A stretch of 64,000 nucleotides of DNA, taken from positions 57,598,001 to 57,662,000 of the forward strand of contig CM060732.1 of NCBI GenBank assembly GCA_030704615.1. The letters run 5' to 3'. The stretch's first letter is position 1, and each line of letters opens with the position of its first letter. Under the pieces are notes generated by a model that did no database searches, had not been told where the DNA came from, and saw only the letters and a program-made list of their open reading frames with translations. This document shows, piece by piece, positions 1 to 13,483 of the stretch. The stretch comes from Takakia lepidozioides (Eukaryota; Plantae; Bryophyta). Position numbers and translations under genes: made by a program.

Positions 1-3000
1 AGTGCAAGCTTGCTAAATACAGCATACTGGGGCTACAGCCCACTGTGTGGGTCTGTGACGTGCAAAGCAAGACCTCAACTTACAGCAGCCAAGTTGCTAA
101 ATTGGAATATTAGGTACGAGCCCGGCGACTGCTATTACTGATCATGCCTCCTCTACCTGCAGTGGAGTGCTTTGTTGTGACAAACTTACACAGGAGTGCA
201 TCGATCCGAGAGCCACCCTCGCTGTTGTGGATCGCCCACATGCAGCTCGTTGAATGCATAGGTTTGGAAAACACATCTTCATCTTGATTACTGGAGATGT
301 GTTTCATTCAAGGCCGATATAACTAATTAAGTGTATTATTCAAGTTACTAATCATCAAGAGGCTGTCGAGAAGACCAAGCTTGGATTTTATGATCTCATA
401 ACAACTTAAATAACATGCCTAAACTAGCTGAGTTTTACTAGCCCTTCCCAAATTTAGAAGTCACAGACGTCCAGCGAAGATTAAACGGATGTCCTGTTCG
501 CTTATACCACCCCACGCTCAGACATTCTGGAATAGAGTTCAAGATTACTTCGTTCAATTGGTCAACATTTCTCTTCACGAAAAGACTATCTGCATACGGA
601 AAATAGGGTATGTAGCATACAACTTGTTACCACCCACTCTGTAATCACAGCTATATTGCAGTGCCATGTTCCTTCACAGTAGGTTTGAGGGGGCCACCAC
701 ATGCCCTCTACAACTCTTCCATCGAAGCACAATATTAGTCGTGTACAATTGGCTTGGGACACTGGACTTCGTCAACATAATTAGCGCCAGGGAGAGAGGG
801 AAGGAGTAGATTAAAGAAGAAAGTATTGACATGCTCCGTGAGCCATGATAGGAAAATTCTGCAATGAAATGAACGTGAAAAATGCCGCCACTACACTCTC
901 CTGTACACAAAAATGGAAGGAAACGAAGATCGGTTGCATGTGGTTTCATGCAAAATAGCGTGCAAGCAACACTTACAGCACACCGTATGCTCTGTTCCCC
1001 GCCGAGCAATCCAACACGTTAGCTGTCGTTAGAGCGAGTGTGCGAGCTCGTGCGTTGCATTATCCCACAATGTTTGCCCGTGCATTTCACAGCCCTGCCT
1101 CCCCTTGATGGAGCGACGAAGATGCAACGGACCTGGGACGGACTGAAATGGGATTTCTGTCCTCCTTAACTGTCTTGGATAGATCGAATCTGACGGATTG
1201 ATGGAATTGACGGCTAGAAATCTCCGGTTCTGAGGGAGTGTTCTAAGTAACATTATTTCTTGACCATGGTCAGGTGTGGGTGATCAAGGGGGTCGGTTAT
1301 ACAACAATCATGTAATTCATGCCTCAATAGAAAATGGGTTGTCTCAGCCTGGGGAGAATTTCGACATTCATCATTTCCAATCCATCCGGAGCAGCAGAAG
1401 ACCTAGAGGACCAGAGAGCATTAGTAACATGCAGGAAATGTGTCTTGGCATGGCTTTGTCCTCAAGTCCTTCCATTCATTCCATCAGAAATATCCTAAGA
1501 GGGTTTTAAACGAGGAGTGAAATTCCGGAATGAATGAGGGACTGTATAATATTACACCTTGGATAGGGCAGGATTCGACCACGCAGAAACAATCAAGCAG
1601 CCTTCAAAGCACTATGTACACTCCAAACTTTGCCGCTGTAGATTGAGGAATGGAAAATGCAATGAGTTTCATCACAGCCTCTTCACCGCGAATGAAGTAT
1701 GGTTAAGCTTATGGTTGGACGGGAAATTGTAACCATTTCTAGTCATTTTTCCTCTCTCAAACACTCTCTTCAAGAGGCGTGACATTTCGCGGATCTGTGT
1801 TCCTTTGAGCAGACAAGTGACTTCAATTCTTCTTAGCCGTGAATCAGATGACAAAGATCTCACTATGTATGCACTAAAATTCAGAAAGCAACAAAACGTG
1901 AGATGTACATACTCTGCATCTGCAAATCAGAAGGGCACGAAGTGTTTGCTATTTGACGAATGGGACAAATGGTTCTCGTTTAGGCCTGAGCCCTCATTCA
2001 CGTCCCTGACCAAAAGTTTTAAGAGAATCAGGTCGCGTTTTGTCGGTTTGGTTTCAAAGCAAACCTTCCTCTTTATACTTGTAGTTCGTTCTTAACGGAC
2101 TAGGCATAAGAACTTATCCACTCTAGCCAAATCTGTCTTAAGAAGGAAGATACTGAAAGTTGGGCAAAACCTTTTAAGGAAATCTGCGCCAGGGCAAGAG
2201 GGTAAACTTAGTGGGTACCTAATCATCCCGCTAAAGTATAGTGACATCATATGGATGGTTGACAAATGATTGAAGCATTAAATGTGCCAGGTGTCACGAA
2301 TCTCAGCCGAAAAAACCTCCAAATTTGTGGTAAGTTCGGAAAATATCATCATAAATGCACTTACTTGCAGTCACACATTAGCTTTGCGGGGATCCTGTCG
2401 GTGCGTGATCGCTGTCTAGGAGAAAATTTTGCATAAATGCACTCAGTTTTCTCGACTAAGATACACTAACTTCAAGGCTCCAAATCCGTTCCACCCATCT
2501 GCAACCCAAATTTTCGGCAAGACTGCAATTGAACCCACCGAACCTCGAATGTCACAAACTCCAAAATTAAGTCTGCACCACTCGATCACACCCTCCTTTG
2601 TCTGATATCACCGAAATGCAGGGTAGCTACTTATTGGGCGGCGCCTTTCATTGTAGAGAGAGAGATCCTCGCTCAGGTTTTCCGCCAACCCTGGACCTGG
2701 CGAGAGATCTTGGAGGGATTGGTGGCGGTAGATCCAAATCTAGCGCCTCCTTCTCCTTGGCCATTGTTAGATGGCTGGCAATTCAGACCAACGTTTGTGG
2801 AAGTGGGGCCAATACATAGTCCAGGGAAGAAGGTCTGCTCAGACGTGTTGTCGGAATGTTGAAAAAGAATCCTGTATGTAACGCTCCTGCTACTACCTAG
2901 TATATTTACCTAGTATATTTATGTATGTTTGGTAATTAAGTACGATGGATTATTCTGTTTTTGTTATAGAATTGTTTTTGTTTTAGCCCCAGCTTTTATA

Positions 3001-4593
3001 CAGGGCCCACAATTTGTGCAAGTCCCCGGCCATGCATGGCACAAGAGCATGCCTGGGACGAGAAGTCCCTCTTCATCCGTACTTTGATAAAAGAAAGACT
3101 TCCCTCCAGTAATCATTAATAAAACTTCTAAGGGCTTCCATCCAAAAAAAAACAAAAGACTTAAAAAAAGAAGTAGGTACGGCAAAATTCTGGTCTCGAA
3201 AATACAAGACGGCAGGAAATAGCAGATAGATAAGCATAATATTAAGTGATGAAGATGTACCCGATAAGAGGTCATAAATAGCCAGATTGCCGGTAGTTAG
3301 CGTGTAGAGGAGTGGCAACAGTGAGGAGCGAGGGGTGGGCCACTGAAAGGATTCCTGTACGCGGCTTCGTTCCAGCTCACCGGAATCCTTCAAAAATCAT
3401 GGTTAGGGATCTGTATATTATTAGAACCGCTCCAATTCTCGTATGCTAATTTTCTCCACGAGGAGGGAACAAGGCCGCGTTTTTAAGGCTTTCCATTCAA
3501 AGCATGCATGGCACGCTTGTGAAATTGCAATGACGATCAGAGTACGATCAGAGTTGACAAAGGGAGCTGAGCTCTTGTATAGGGGCCCACGGGCCACAAG
3601 AGGGAGCAAGCTGCGCCCACCAGACAGTGGGTATAGTACCCCAGTGAAGCTAACAGGTTGAAGAGATTCCACGACAACGCAGCTATCGATCCCACGCTCA
3701 ACTTCCATGGTACAGGGCAGGCCTTCATACGGTAGATTTGCTGGAGTTGATGCTGCTGCATTTTTGCAGGCTGTGTTGTCACCAGTGAAGTGCAAGTTGG
3801 TTGTGGCAAGACTCTATTGCTATCCCATGTTTGACTCTGAAAGGACGCACAATATTGATCAGAGCAGTCTGAAGGCTCACAAATGAGACAAGCGCAAGCA
3901 ACAGGAAATCCATGTCTAATATGCCTTGCAAAACGTGATGAGTTCGCTTCGTGTATGCAGTTGACCCCGAAACTACGGTTTTAGTGAGTTTTAGTGCAAT
4001 GTAAATCTTTGAATCTCAGGGATGTGCAATGATATTAAAAGGAGTCAACTGACGATCATAAGTTCTAATAAGGACCACTTTACCTTGTAGAGGCCTACTA
4101 GGATATCCTACAGGTCAATAATTGTGATAGATCTGGCTTTACACTTACAGGACCAAAACCTTGCCAGGACTAGATTAGCACCCACATCCAGCGCCTGGAG
4201 GTGGGTACTGTACAAGTCTCGGCCCCAGCCCAGCCAATGACATCCTATCATCGTTACTTTGATACACATCATGGAATTCATAGCTCTTCGTGTTACCTCT
4301 CGACCAAGATTCTCAAGTAGAAACCAAAGTGGAGCCCAGGCCTCGAAGATACAAACTCCATGGAGGCACCAGTGATGTAAGCATGTTTGACCGATCCTCA
4401 CACATCATTTCCCACGGCCCTGGAGTCAATCTCTTGGCCGCCCACTCCCACACTGAATGTGAGCAATGTGACCCTTCGACGCCGCCCGACGTGCCGCACC
4501 CTTCATCCAACTCCTCATTCATGCACATCTGTCCGGGGACATGTATTCATTCATCCACGTAAGTTAGAACTACGCCGATTACTGTTTTTTGAC

Positions 4594-4680
4594 GGGTAGC
4601 CCTACCTTTTTAATGACATGTTAATTTTTATTTTGACGTAGCCCTACCTTTTTTGTGACATGTTAATTTTTATTTTGACT
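4594..4680. repeat. Tandem duplication of a ~42-bp unit (GTAGCCCTACCTTTTT..TGACATGTTAATTTTTATTTTGAC)
   Basis: Two adjacent near-identical copies read directly. Related TGACAGGC/TTTCACTGTGACA motifs recur at 5620-5760. Confidence 0.7.
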
Positions 4681-5233
4681 TTCACTGTGACAGACAACTT
4701 TGAGAAAATGCCTTTCACATGGCAGGTTGACAGATTTTTTACCTTTCACACAATTTTGTCATATGAATACGAAAAATGAAAAGAAGTGTGAACTTCTTAC
4801 AACTACAATTAGTGAAGCTCCAGTCCATGAATACATATGGTATTGTCTTTACTATTTTCATGGGTTCCAACCCAAACATGTAGCATTCGTACTTATTCTC
4901 TAACTAGAAGACTTTAGCATTTTTAACCTCGTCATATCCCGAAGCCTCTCTTATTTGAGAGAGATTTTCTTGGCTTATCAATGAGCTAGGAAATACGATA
5001 TGCAAGTTGATTGTAAGTTTGTAAGTAAAGATTTTGAGTCATGTAGGATGGTCGTGCCGAATTAGGTGCGGTTGTTTGAATATGGCACCTCCTCCACAAC
5101 AAATGCTTTTGAAACAGGATGGGGAGAGGGATTCTAAGAATTTTTCTGGTACTGCTGTGGCTGGGTACACTGTGTAATGGAGAACAAGTCAAACAGACAC
5201 TGCACGTTTTGAACCAGCAATTCATTTTGGCCG

Positions 5234-5368
5234 CCAAACTCCAGTACTTAATTGTGCATTTTACAAGGGTGTAACAAGAGTAAAGACCTAGAAACAGGAA
5301 AGCAAGTGCATGCCCACATTATCCAAAATGGATCCGAGCCAAATATCTGTCTACTCAATGCCCTTGTC
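5234..5368 (+). pseudogene. Isolated PLS-class pentatricopeptide-repeat (PPR) gene fragment
   Basis: Manual translation PNSST*LCILQGCNKSKDLETGKQVHAHIIQNGSEPNICLLNALV matches the plant PPR L/S motif pattern. It has an in-frame stop and is followed by (AAAT)n. Confidence 0.75.
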
Positions 5369-6721
5369 GAAAATAAATAAATAAATAACCTAAGAATGGA
5401 GGCTGGAGCACGCAGAGGAAACAAAGAGGGAGAGCCTACAGGTTTAAGGCTTAAAACACAAAGAAGGGCAACTGGCCTCGGTGAGGCTCCCCTAGGTGGA
5501 CTTACTAATAAAATTGCTAATAACTATGAGTAATCACTGGCAGATTTGTACCTTTCAGGCTTTGTGAGCCTCTCCCAGGTGGACTTAGTAATAAAATTAT
5601 CCCTAATTATCAGAAATTTCTGCCTTTCTTTTGACAGGCTATTTTTTTTCTTACTTTCACTGTGACATGCATTTTTTCCTCAATGCCTTTCTTTTGACAG
5701 GCAGATTTTTTTTTCCCTTTTTTGGCCTGTCAAATGCCTTGTGACAGGTGCAAATATCAGCCTTGCCTATACATATATCCCCTAGACTCAGACAAAGATT
5801 CATTCATATCCTTGCATGTCTCGGTATATACCGGCGTTGTTTCAAATCCCGGCCGGGTAAGGACAAAACACGGCGCCCGACAACCCGACATTCCCCCACG
5901 GCGCCGCCGCAACTATGTTTCGCCATCGCCGTAAGACTCCAAAATTTGGCTATACATCTTTTGTTCATCCGTCTGTCCGTGTATGCATCCTTCTTATGCT
6001 GATGTTATGGATTACTTTCATCCATATTCGCCGCCTGTGATGACGGCCTCAGGCTAAGCCGTTAGCTCGGGATCGATTAGTTAATTAGTTAGTTTGTCCA
6101 TCAGTTAGTGGAAAATAGTTTCAGATGATTGGGCCTTATTGGTGTTAGTGAGTCAGGATGCCAGTCCTAACCTACTGACGCATGGCTTTACTACTAAGCT
6201 GTGCTATATCCGTCACTTACCCCTCTCCAATTACTAAGTAAGTTTATCATATCCGTTTCTTACTATCGTAGTCCTGCCCGAAAAATATATAGTAACTTTT
6301 TATTTTATTTTATTTTATTTAAATTAAGCGTTGTCTCGGAATACCAATACAGAAGACCATAAGAGGAATATGTGGGGAAGAGCAATCTCTGAAGCAGGTG
6401 GGTGGCCATAACACCCAATTTCTCAAAGTTGGCAATTGGGTCCCTCCTTGAAGGAATCGAGTTAGTGAGAAGGGGCCCATTTGACCTAATTCTTTATGAA
6501 CAAAAGGACCTCCCAGTTCTTTATTTCTGTTTTCCTTGTTAGGAATGCATTACATAACCTTCACTATGGATGAGCTCGACTTCTCATCTGTGAGGAGCAG
6601 CATCTGTTCATATCCAGTCACTTTTCATCCTTCTGCACCCCAATAACCATCCATCTCCCCACATACCTACTCCAACTTGGCATTTGAAAATACTGTTCGC
6701 GTGTGTACGTTGGGGTGCATG

Positions 6722-6795
6722 CAGGTGTGCGCGTATGAAAATTTGTGTGCGCGTGTGAAAATTTGTGTGCGCGTGTGAAAATTTGTGGGTGCGTG
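6722..6795. repeat. Short tandem repeat, ~20-bp unit GTGTGCGCGTGTGAAAATTT x3-4
   Basis: Read directly from sequence. Confidence 0.8.
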
Positions 6796-7159
6796 TGTTT
6801 TGCGCACACCGAATTGAAAATACTCACAAACAGGGTTCATCCAAGTATAGCCCACTACTTAAGCAAGTGCCATTAAGTTAGTGCTACGGATTCAACAACA
6901 AAATAAAGAAGTGCGAGGGGTGGGCGAGCAGTATGGCGTAGAGGAAGGGCTGAATATAGCCGGCGTCCTGACACTTTGAAGGCTCAGTGGCCAATATATG
7001 ATTATTGTGCCTGAATTTAGGCGTGGGTGCGAAGGCTGACCTCATGGGGGCAGATACTGTGACATCAGCTACTGATGAATACTGATGCTCTCCTGCCACT
7101 TTACCACTGCACTTTTCATATCGTCATTATCCTGCCTACTCACCTAGTTTCCAACCATC

Positions 7160-7230
7160 GGTCTGTAGCTCAGTCGGTTAGAGCATTCAGTGACACTCAG
7201 GTGATTTTATCGGTTCAAATCCTGCTACCT
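7160..7230 (+). mobile_element. tRNA-derived SINE head / tRNA pseudogene
   Basis: Pol III A-box TAGCTCAGTCGG and B-box GGTTCAAATCC at tRNA-like spacing. Acceptor and anticodon stems do not pair properly. Confidence 0.6.
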
Positions 7231-7552
7231 TGTTGGGTGTGGTATAATCTTCTTTTCTTCCCCCTTCCTTTGCGCGATGTCCCTTGAGCCATATGATGGC
7301 GAGGTTACCATATGTTCATTTGTGAGCAGTCGCTCCCAGTACTTTTCCCTTTGTTTTGTTTTATTCTTAATCCTTTAGAAAGACTTATAGAATGCTAAAG
7401 CATTTGGGACCGTCTGGGCTATCTGGAGTTCAAATTCGGGGCACCACACCCATCTGGCCAAGGCTATTGGCCTTATGAGTTGGCTTACTAAGATGAGTTC
7501 CATAAGACACGATTGTTTTACATGCTCGTGTCTGATAACTAAACCCAGATAC

Positions 7553-7939
7553 TGTCAACAGTGGATAGACTTAGACATGTACTTAGACAAGCACAAATGC
7601 ACTCACAGATGTGCATAATACACAATCAGCAAGCAAACAGCTGAAAATCTACGAATCTGAACATTTATAGGATTCAATGGTCATTGAATTAATTGTCACC
7701 AGACTAGACTAGGCTGTCCATCGTCACCTCATTGCACACCTACGTAGCAGCATATCGAGAGCAACCTCTTCTCAAAGCAAAACGATCAAAACAAAAGCCG
7801 TAAACCAACAGTCCAAGAGTGGCCACATGTAACATAAAGAAAACTAACTAGCAACTAATTATCTGAAGATAAAGTAACATGTAACATATTAATAAGTAGT
7901 GCTCATTGCTCACTGACTAATTGATGATATCATTCAACA
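7553..7939 (-). repeat. Putative 3' LTR of the copia element
   Basis: Starts TGTTG immediately after the PPT on minus. The partner LTR is not in the window, so the left boundary is a guess. Confidence 0.5.
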
Positions 7940-8353
7940 CTCCCACTCAGTGAACCAGTGAGCATTGTAGCAAATGATCCTCCTGCAATCTGGACGGCAG
8001 CAGTGCTATTTAGGTGTTTGTAACACCTAGAAGTTTCCCCAATTGCAGGAACTTATCAAGAGCCAACCCCTTTGTCAGAACGTATGCAATTTGGTTCGTT
8101 GTCCCTAGGTACCCGATGCTGATATCTCCCGCTTTATATTTCTCACGGATGAAGTGATACTTCACATCCACATGCTTAGTACGCTGGTGGAACTCCGGGT
8201 TCTTGACTAGGCGAATGCACACCTGGTTGTCCGAGTAAAGTGGGGTGGGTGTCTCTGCAGCACATCCTACATCTCCCAAGAGCCTCCTCTTTGGTCGCCG
8301 CCTCAGTTGTGCTTGTTGTTGTGCATGTCTATTTAGGGCTCACCTAGCTGACC

Positions 8354-9034
8354 CTGGGGGAAGTCACTCCCTATATAGTTTAGGGAATCATGTGCAATAA
8401 AGAGGTATTTTCTAGGGGGGTATTACTTTTTTTTCCCTTTTTACATCCACCCTATAATTATTTAATTTTATAATATGTATAATTATCTGACAGGTTTTTT
8501 TAAACTGTAATCATCAAATATTTGACATCCTATAGTAACGTAAAAATAAAACAAATTTTTCTTAGAGTGTAAAATATTTTATTGTTCAATGCTCTAATGC
8601 ATCCATCAGACAAATAAGGAAAACTGTTGCATATTTTGAGTGCAGTGAAAAATATTCCTCATGTGAGAGAGCGAGGTGCAGTAAGTGAATAAACCGGAGT
8701 TTTCAGCAACACAATGAGGTCAGCAACTAGCGTAGTAGAACTCTTGCGTCGGAGAAGAAGACAAAATGAGAAGAAAATAAAGCAACCCTAAACCAAAACG
8801 TATCCTCCTAAACCAAGTCCTCCCATCCAAGCCGTGTCCAAGTCTCGTCATCTATATTAATTCTAAAAAAATTTATAATTGGAGCAGACATTCATAACCC
8901 TATTTTTATTTAAATACAATATCCACAAATAAGGACACCCAATTTTATTTCTAAAAATATTATAAATTTTATCTTCAAAGAATACATGTTACCCTATATT
9001 TGTTTGCACGTCATTTGGAAAAAAATGGAAGTGA
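8354..9034. mobile_element. ~0.68-kb AT-rich non-coding insertion (MITE-like) splitting the copia RNase H
   Basis: RNase H reads NGGLVS | (W)VSPK*TCTTTSTTEA across the gap. CTGACC is repeated at both junctions. Imperfect inverted AGTCACTCCC/GGAAGTGACT near the ends. Confidence 0.6.
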
Positions 9035-11529
9035 CTGACCAGTCCACCGTTTAGGAACATTACAACACTAGTGCGAGACTTCATGTCATCCACATCCCCT
9101 ACATCATGTCTGAATCACAATAGGCCTTGAGTCCATGTGGCTGCTCTTGCCCCCTATAGGTAATTCTTAAATTGAGTACTCATTTCAAATACCTTAGGAT
9201 CCGTTTTACCATCGAGCGGTGCGACCTTTTGGGATTTGAGCAATATTTTGCGGCAGTGCTGTCTGCATAGGTAATATTTGGCTATGTTCCCAAGCTGGCA
9301 AATTGTAGACTGCCAATGATCTCCATGTAAAGGAATTATGGCTTTTCCTCCTCATCCTATGTAAATAGCACATCTAGACGAACGTGTGGATCGATGGGAG
9401 TGGTTACAGCATGTGCGTTTTCATACCCAAACTTCTTGAGCACCTTTTGAATGTATTTGCTTTGGTCAATTCTCATGGTCCTTGCTTCCCTATTCCGAGT
9501 AACATGCAGCCTGACATAGTTCTCTGGCAGACCGTTGATGATGGTGAAAGCCTCTCCCATATAGGACAGGATCTCGTTCACTCTTCCAATCTTCCTACTA
9601 AAGGCCAACCCGTCGTGGACAAATATAGTGACAAACAACTTGGGATTCATCTGCCCAAAATAAACCCATGAATCGGCCGAGCTTGCCACCAGATCGTATG
9701 TTGTCAGAAAGGCATTGAAAGGCTTGTTCCAAACTCTGCTTGCCTGTTTTAGGCCATATAGTGCCTTCTTAAGGCGACAAACCTTTCCCTTGTTTGCTGC
9801 TCCATGAATATAATCTCAGATAGTTCCCCGTAGAGAAATGCGGTGAGCGAATTGCACTATATCAATGTCCACTGTAGCAGCAATCGACAGGATAGTTCGA
9901 ATAGATCGAATGTCACCACGGGTGAGAAAGTCTCTTGGAAATCTATTCTTGCTCTTTGGGTAAACCCCTTTGCAATGAGACGTGCAGCGCCCCACTCCTC
10001 CTTCAACATTGGTCTTTATCTTGAAGACCCACTTACATCTGATGACATGTCGTCCCTTTGGCAGATCCTCAAGTACCCATGTCTTTGTATTAGTGAGTTG
10101 TACTCGTCCTGCATGGCCTTGAGCCATTCGTCCTTTTGTTCTGACTTCATGGCCTCTTCAAATGTATTTGGTTCGTCGGGGATCTGTTCGATACTGGCCG
10201 TACAGGCATATGTGTTGCAATCTATGGGGTAAATCCAGTCTTCCCAATCTGGTAGGTGGGTTTTGAATCTTGGGAATTTCTTATGCTATCACGTTTCTAT
10301 TTCCCCCTGCTCCTCAATGCCGTCATGTGGTCTGTTTTCAGTTTGTGCTCTTTCTTCATTCACCACGTTTTCCGCTGCTAGTACAATCTCCCCCACTGCT
10401 TCTGTATTGTCCTCGCTATTGCTAATTACAACAAGCTCACAGTCTTGGTCTGAGTCTGGTCCGATGTCTTGTGCCACTACTGACACTTGCCACTGGCTAT
10501 GGCCCTGCCTCAGGCAACTCGCATATCACTGTTGGGGTTGTGTCGCTCTTACTCCCACTGTTTGGCTGCTTCTTATCCTCAAACCAACTCCAGTCTCATC
10601 AAATATCACATCCTGGCTTTCCACAATCTTTCGGGAATCTGTCATCCATACTCGGTAGGCTTTGCTTGTCTGGCTATAACCCACAAATACTTCCTTCTTG
10701 CTTTTGGGCTCAATTTTTGTTTTGAGTTCCTTCAGCACATGCATGTAGGCATCACACCCGAAGATCCTCATCTTGTTACTGAGGGTTTTCCTCTTGACCA
10801 TGCCTCATATGGTGTGATTCCTACCAATGTTCTGGATGCTATCCGATTGAGTATGTAGACAGCCGTGAGAACTGCTTCTCCCTAGAATCGTGGGTGCACA
10901 TTGCTTGAATAAATCATGTTGCGCACCATGTCCATCACTGTGCGATTTTCACGCTCTGAGGCCCCATTTTGCTCAGGCGAATGTGGTGCCGCGAACTCAT
11001 GCTTGGCTCCCAGCTCTCTCATAAACTCAAAGAATTTAGTCCCAGTGTATTCACCCCCCTCGATCACTCCTCAGGACCTTGACCTTCTCGCCTGTCATTC
11101 TGAACAGTAGTTTCATGAAATCTTGGAAGCACCTCAGTGTCTCAGATTTAGCAGCAATGCAGTATACCACTTTGTACGCATTTGCATCGTCCTTGAACAA
11201 AACAAAATAACTACTGCCTCCCACTTACTGGACAGTGATGGGACCGCACACATCACTGTGCACCAGATCTCCAGGCTTTGCAGCTCTGGTGCGACTTTCT
11301 TCCATGGAAAAGTAGTTCGGGTACTCTTACCAAGAACGCATCCCTCGCAGAATTCGACGTCTCTCCCTTTCTTGGTGAGGATAAGTCCTTCAACCATATT
11401 CTTCATCTCCATAGTCTGAATCACCCCGTGATGTACATGGCCAAGTCGCATGTGCCAAATGTTCAGATCACGACTCATCTCAGCTTGTGATATGATGCCA
11501 AAAGTACTAGCGGGGGACGCCGTTTCTCT

Positions 11530-11786
11530 CACTACTGCAAAAAGGGGGGTTTACGACGCCCACAGCCCGGCGCGCGCGGCACCATGCGACCCCACTTATT
11601 AGCGACACCAAGAGGGTCGCTATTCAGGGGTCGATATTATACCGACCTCTGAGGGGTCGCTATACTGAAATCCCAGCAAAATGAGATCCCAAAATGACTA
11701 AGTCATTGGGACAGACCCCCCTGGCGTCGCTAATACCGCGGGGTTGATTTCCTGTCGATTTTTCCTACGACGCCCCTGCCGACGAT
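11530..11786. mobile_element. CACTA (EnSpm) left terminus with GCGACC/GGTCGC subterminal repeats
   Basis: CACTACTGCAAAAAGGGG starts exactly where the copia ORF breaks off. Dense GCGAC/GTCGC motifs follow. The expected 3-bp TSD would be TCT. Confidence 0.85.
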
Positions 11787-12039
11787 GGGGGTTGCTATTC
11801 CATGAGCTCATGAGCAAGCATGGCTCACCCATGAGCTGCCAAGTAACACACTTCGAATTTCGGCAGATTTTTTTCGGGCCCAAAACGATAAAATAATCGA
11901 AAGTAGTTTAAGAAGAGAAGGTTTTCGAAGATTTCCGCGCTCATGCTGGAAGCACTCCGCTCATAAGTACTAGTATCCGCTCATGACTTGGAGCCCAAGC
12001 TCATGGACCGCTAGGCCAGGTCATAGAAAAACTGAATTC

Positions 12040-12515
12040 TGGCCAATAACGGCACCAAAATTACCCCAGAGGAAGGGACGCGAGCGGAATTAGGATCTGG
12101 GTTTGCAGACTCCGAAAACGCAATGGCGACCTATAACCGTGGATAGTACTGTTGCAGAAGTGCAGGATGGTTGGGTATAACGGCACCGTAATTGGGCACA
12201 GGAAAAGAAATAGCCGGCTGAAGGCTCGGGAGTGAAGGCCAATAATGGTGCCGAAATTAGGCTCCGCCAACCAAATACCCTGCTGAACGGAGTGCAGCCA
12301 ATAACGGCGCCGAAATTGGGGTCCGGAAACCAAATATTCGGCTGAAGCCACCGGAGTGCAGCCAATAACGGCACCGAAATTGGGGTCTGGAAACCAAATA
12401 CCCAGCTAAAGGCTCGGGAGTGCAACCAATAACGGCGTCGAAATTGGGCTCTGGAAACAAAATTCTCGGCTGAAGCTTCCGCAGTCCATCTAATAACGGC
12501 GCCAAAATTGGGCTC
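12040..12515. repeat. Subterminal array, ~7 copies of CCAATAACGGCGCCGAAATTGGG, mostly at ~60-65 bp period
   Basis: Copies near 12043, 12176, 12239, 12298, 12362, 12427, 12492. The same motif recurs at 23886 and 46487. Confidence 0.85.
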
Positions 12516-12742
12516 TGGAGAGCAAATACCCGCCTTACAGTGAGGGAGTTTTGCAAACTATCCTGAAACTGGTGCGGATTTGTCTAATAAAAGCACACAT
12601 GTCGGAGGAAATAGAAGTTATGCCGCATACGACATTGGCAGTGCAGCAATGATATATCCCTCTTCCGCCGGCCTTTGCTCTTCACTCTTCTCTTCTGTGC
12701 CCATCTCCTCCCTGCTCTGTGTTCTTGCTGTGTCGTGAGGCC

Positions 12743-13294
12743 ATGTCGTGCCCGAATCACATCTATCGACGCCAGACGGGAGTCATTGTCCTGAAAGCAG
12801 ACGACATCATTGTCTTCCTAGATGTTTACAGGGACGATCCTCGACTTGTCCAGCTGAGAGCAATGGAGTTTCTTCCAGGATTACACAATTCTCCTGGACC
12901 CCGGCTGGGGAGCAGGTGGTTCCTACACATGAAGGACCTGGACTTTCCGCTTGAGTGGGAGCCGAACAGATCACGCACGGCGTTGCTGTATCGCTGGAAC
13001 CGTTGCGAGTGGACGTATGATGAGTGCATAAGTGAAAACTTCACGCGTGGACGGACTGGCTCGGAAAGTGGGGACATTCTCTTCAGTTATGAGGATGAGG
13101 AGGAGGGGAACACAGGGCCCACTGTGAAAATGTCCTTCTACAAAGGGGGCGCTATCGATAAACACGACATCCTCGTTAGTTTCAACCGGGCGACAGAAAC
13201 CGCTGACATTTTGTTCAAATATCGGCACCCGGTCACTCAGGAGGTCCTTGAGAGGCCAGTTCGAGTTCCTTCTTCTTGGGCGAGGGGACCATAG
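12743..13294 (+). CDS. Intronless 183-aa hypothetical protein (Mutator cargo ORF-A), paralog of 35457-36083
   Basis: Uninterrupted ATG-TAG frame. Collinear similarity blocks with the ORF at 35457 (see findings). Confidence 0.65.
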   Translation: MSCPNHIYRRQTGVIVLKADDIIVFLDVYRDDPRLVQLRAMEFLPGLHNSPGPRLGSRWFLHMKDLDFPLEWEPNRSRTALLYRWNRCEWTYDECISENFTRGRTGSESGDILFSYEDEEEGNTGPTVKMSFYKGGAIDKHDILVSFNRATETADILFKYRHPVTQEVLERPVRVPSSWARGP

Positions 13295-13399
13295 GTCTTG
13301 CATGTTAGAGTAGACATGTTTTGACTCGCCGACACTCATGGCACATACATTTTGCTTCAGAATTCAAGTAGCTTCCCTATGCCATATGGGGAATATACA

Positions 13400-13483
13400 T
13401 GTCGTGCACCTAAGCATCGTGCCACACATACATCCCTATCCACCACACAATCTAAGCACACAATCCTAGAAAGCTATACCCAA
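13400..13483 (-). repeat. LTR segment A, outer copy (84 bp)
   Basis: Direct repeat of 13907-13991 with ~5 differences. Confidence 0.9.

Larger units (their letters stand above)
7553..11529 (-). mobile_element. Degenerate Ty1/copia LTR retrotransposon, 3' half (GAG-pre-integrase, integrase, RT, RNase H, PPT, 3' LTR)
   Basis: Domain order IN-RT-RH: WHMRLGH..CEGC, GGEY..PEQNGASERENR, CKWVFKIK, IFVHDG (YVDD-like), EFHQRTKHVDVKYHFIRE. PPT GAGTGGGAG abuts TGTTG at 7939 on minus. The left LTR edge is approximate. Many frameshifts and stops. Confidence 0.9.

Noticed and set aside
1-4600. Possible minus-strand host gene or 5' UTR exons (short ORF from ATG ~2764, splice-like sites ~1560-1865)
   Set aside because: No recognisable domain or consistent exon chain.
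7160-7230. Functional tRNA gene
   Set aside because: Only A/B boxes are conserved; acceptor and anticodon stems do not form.
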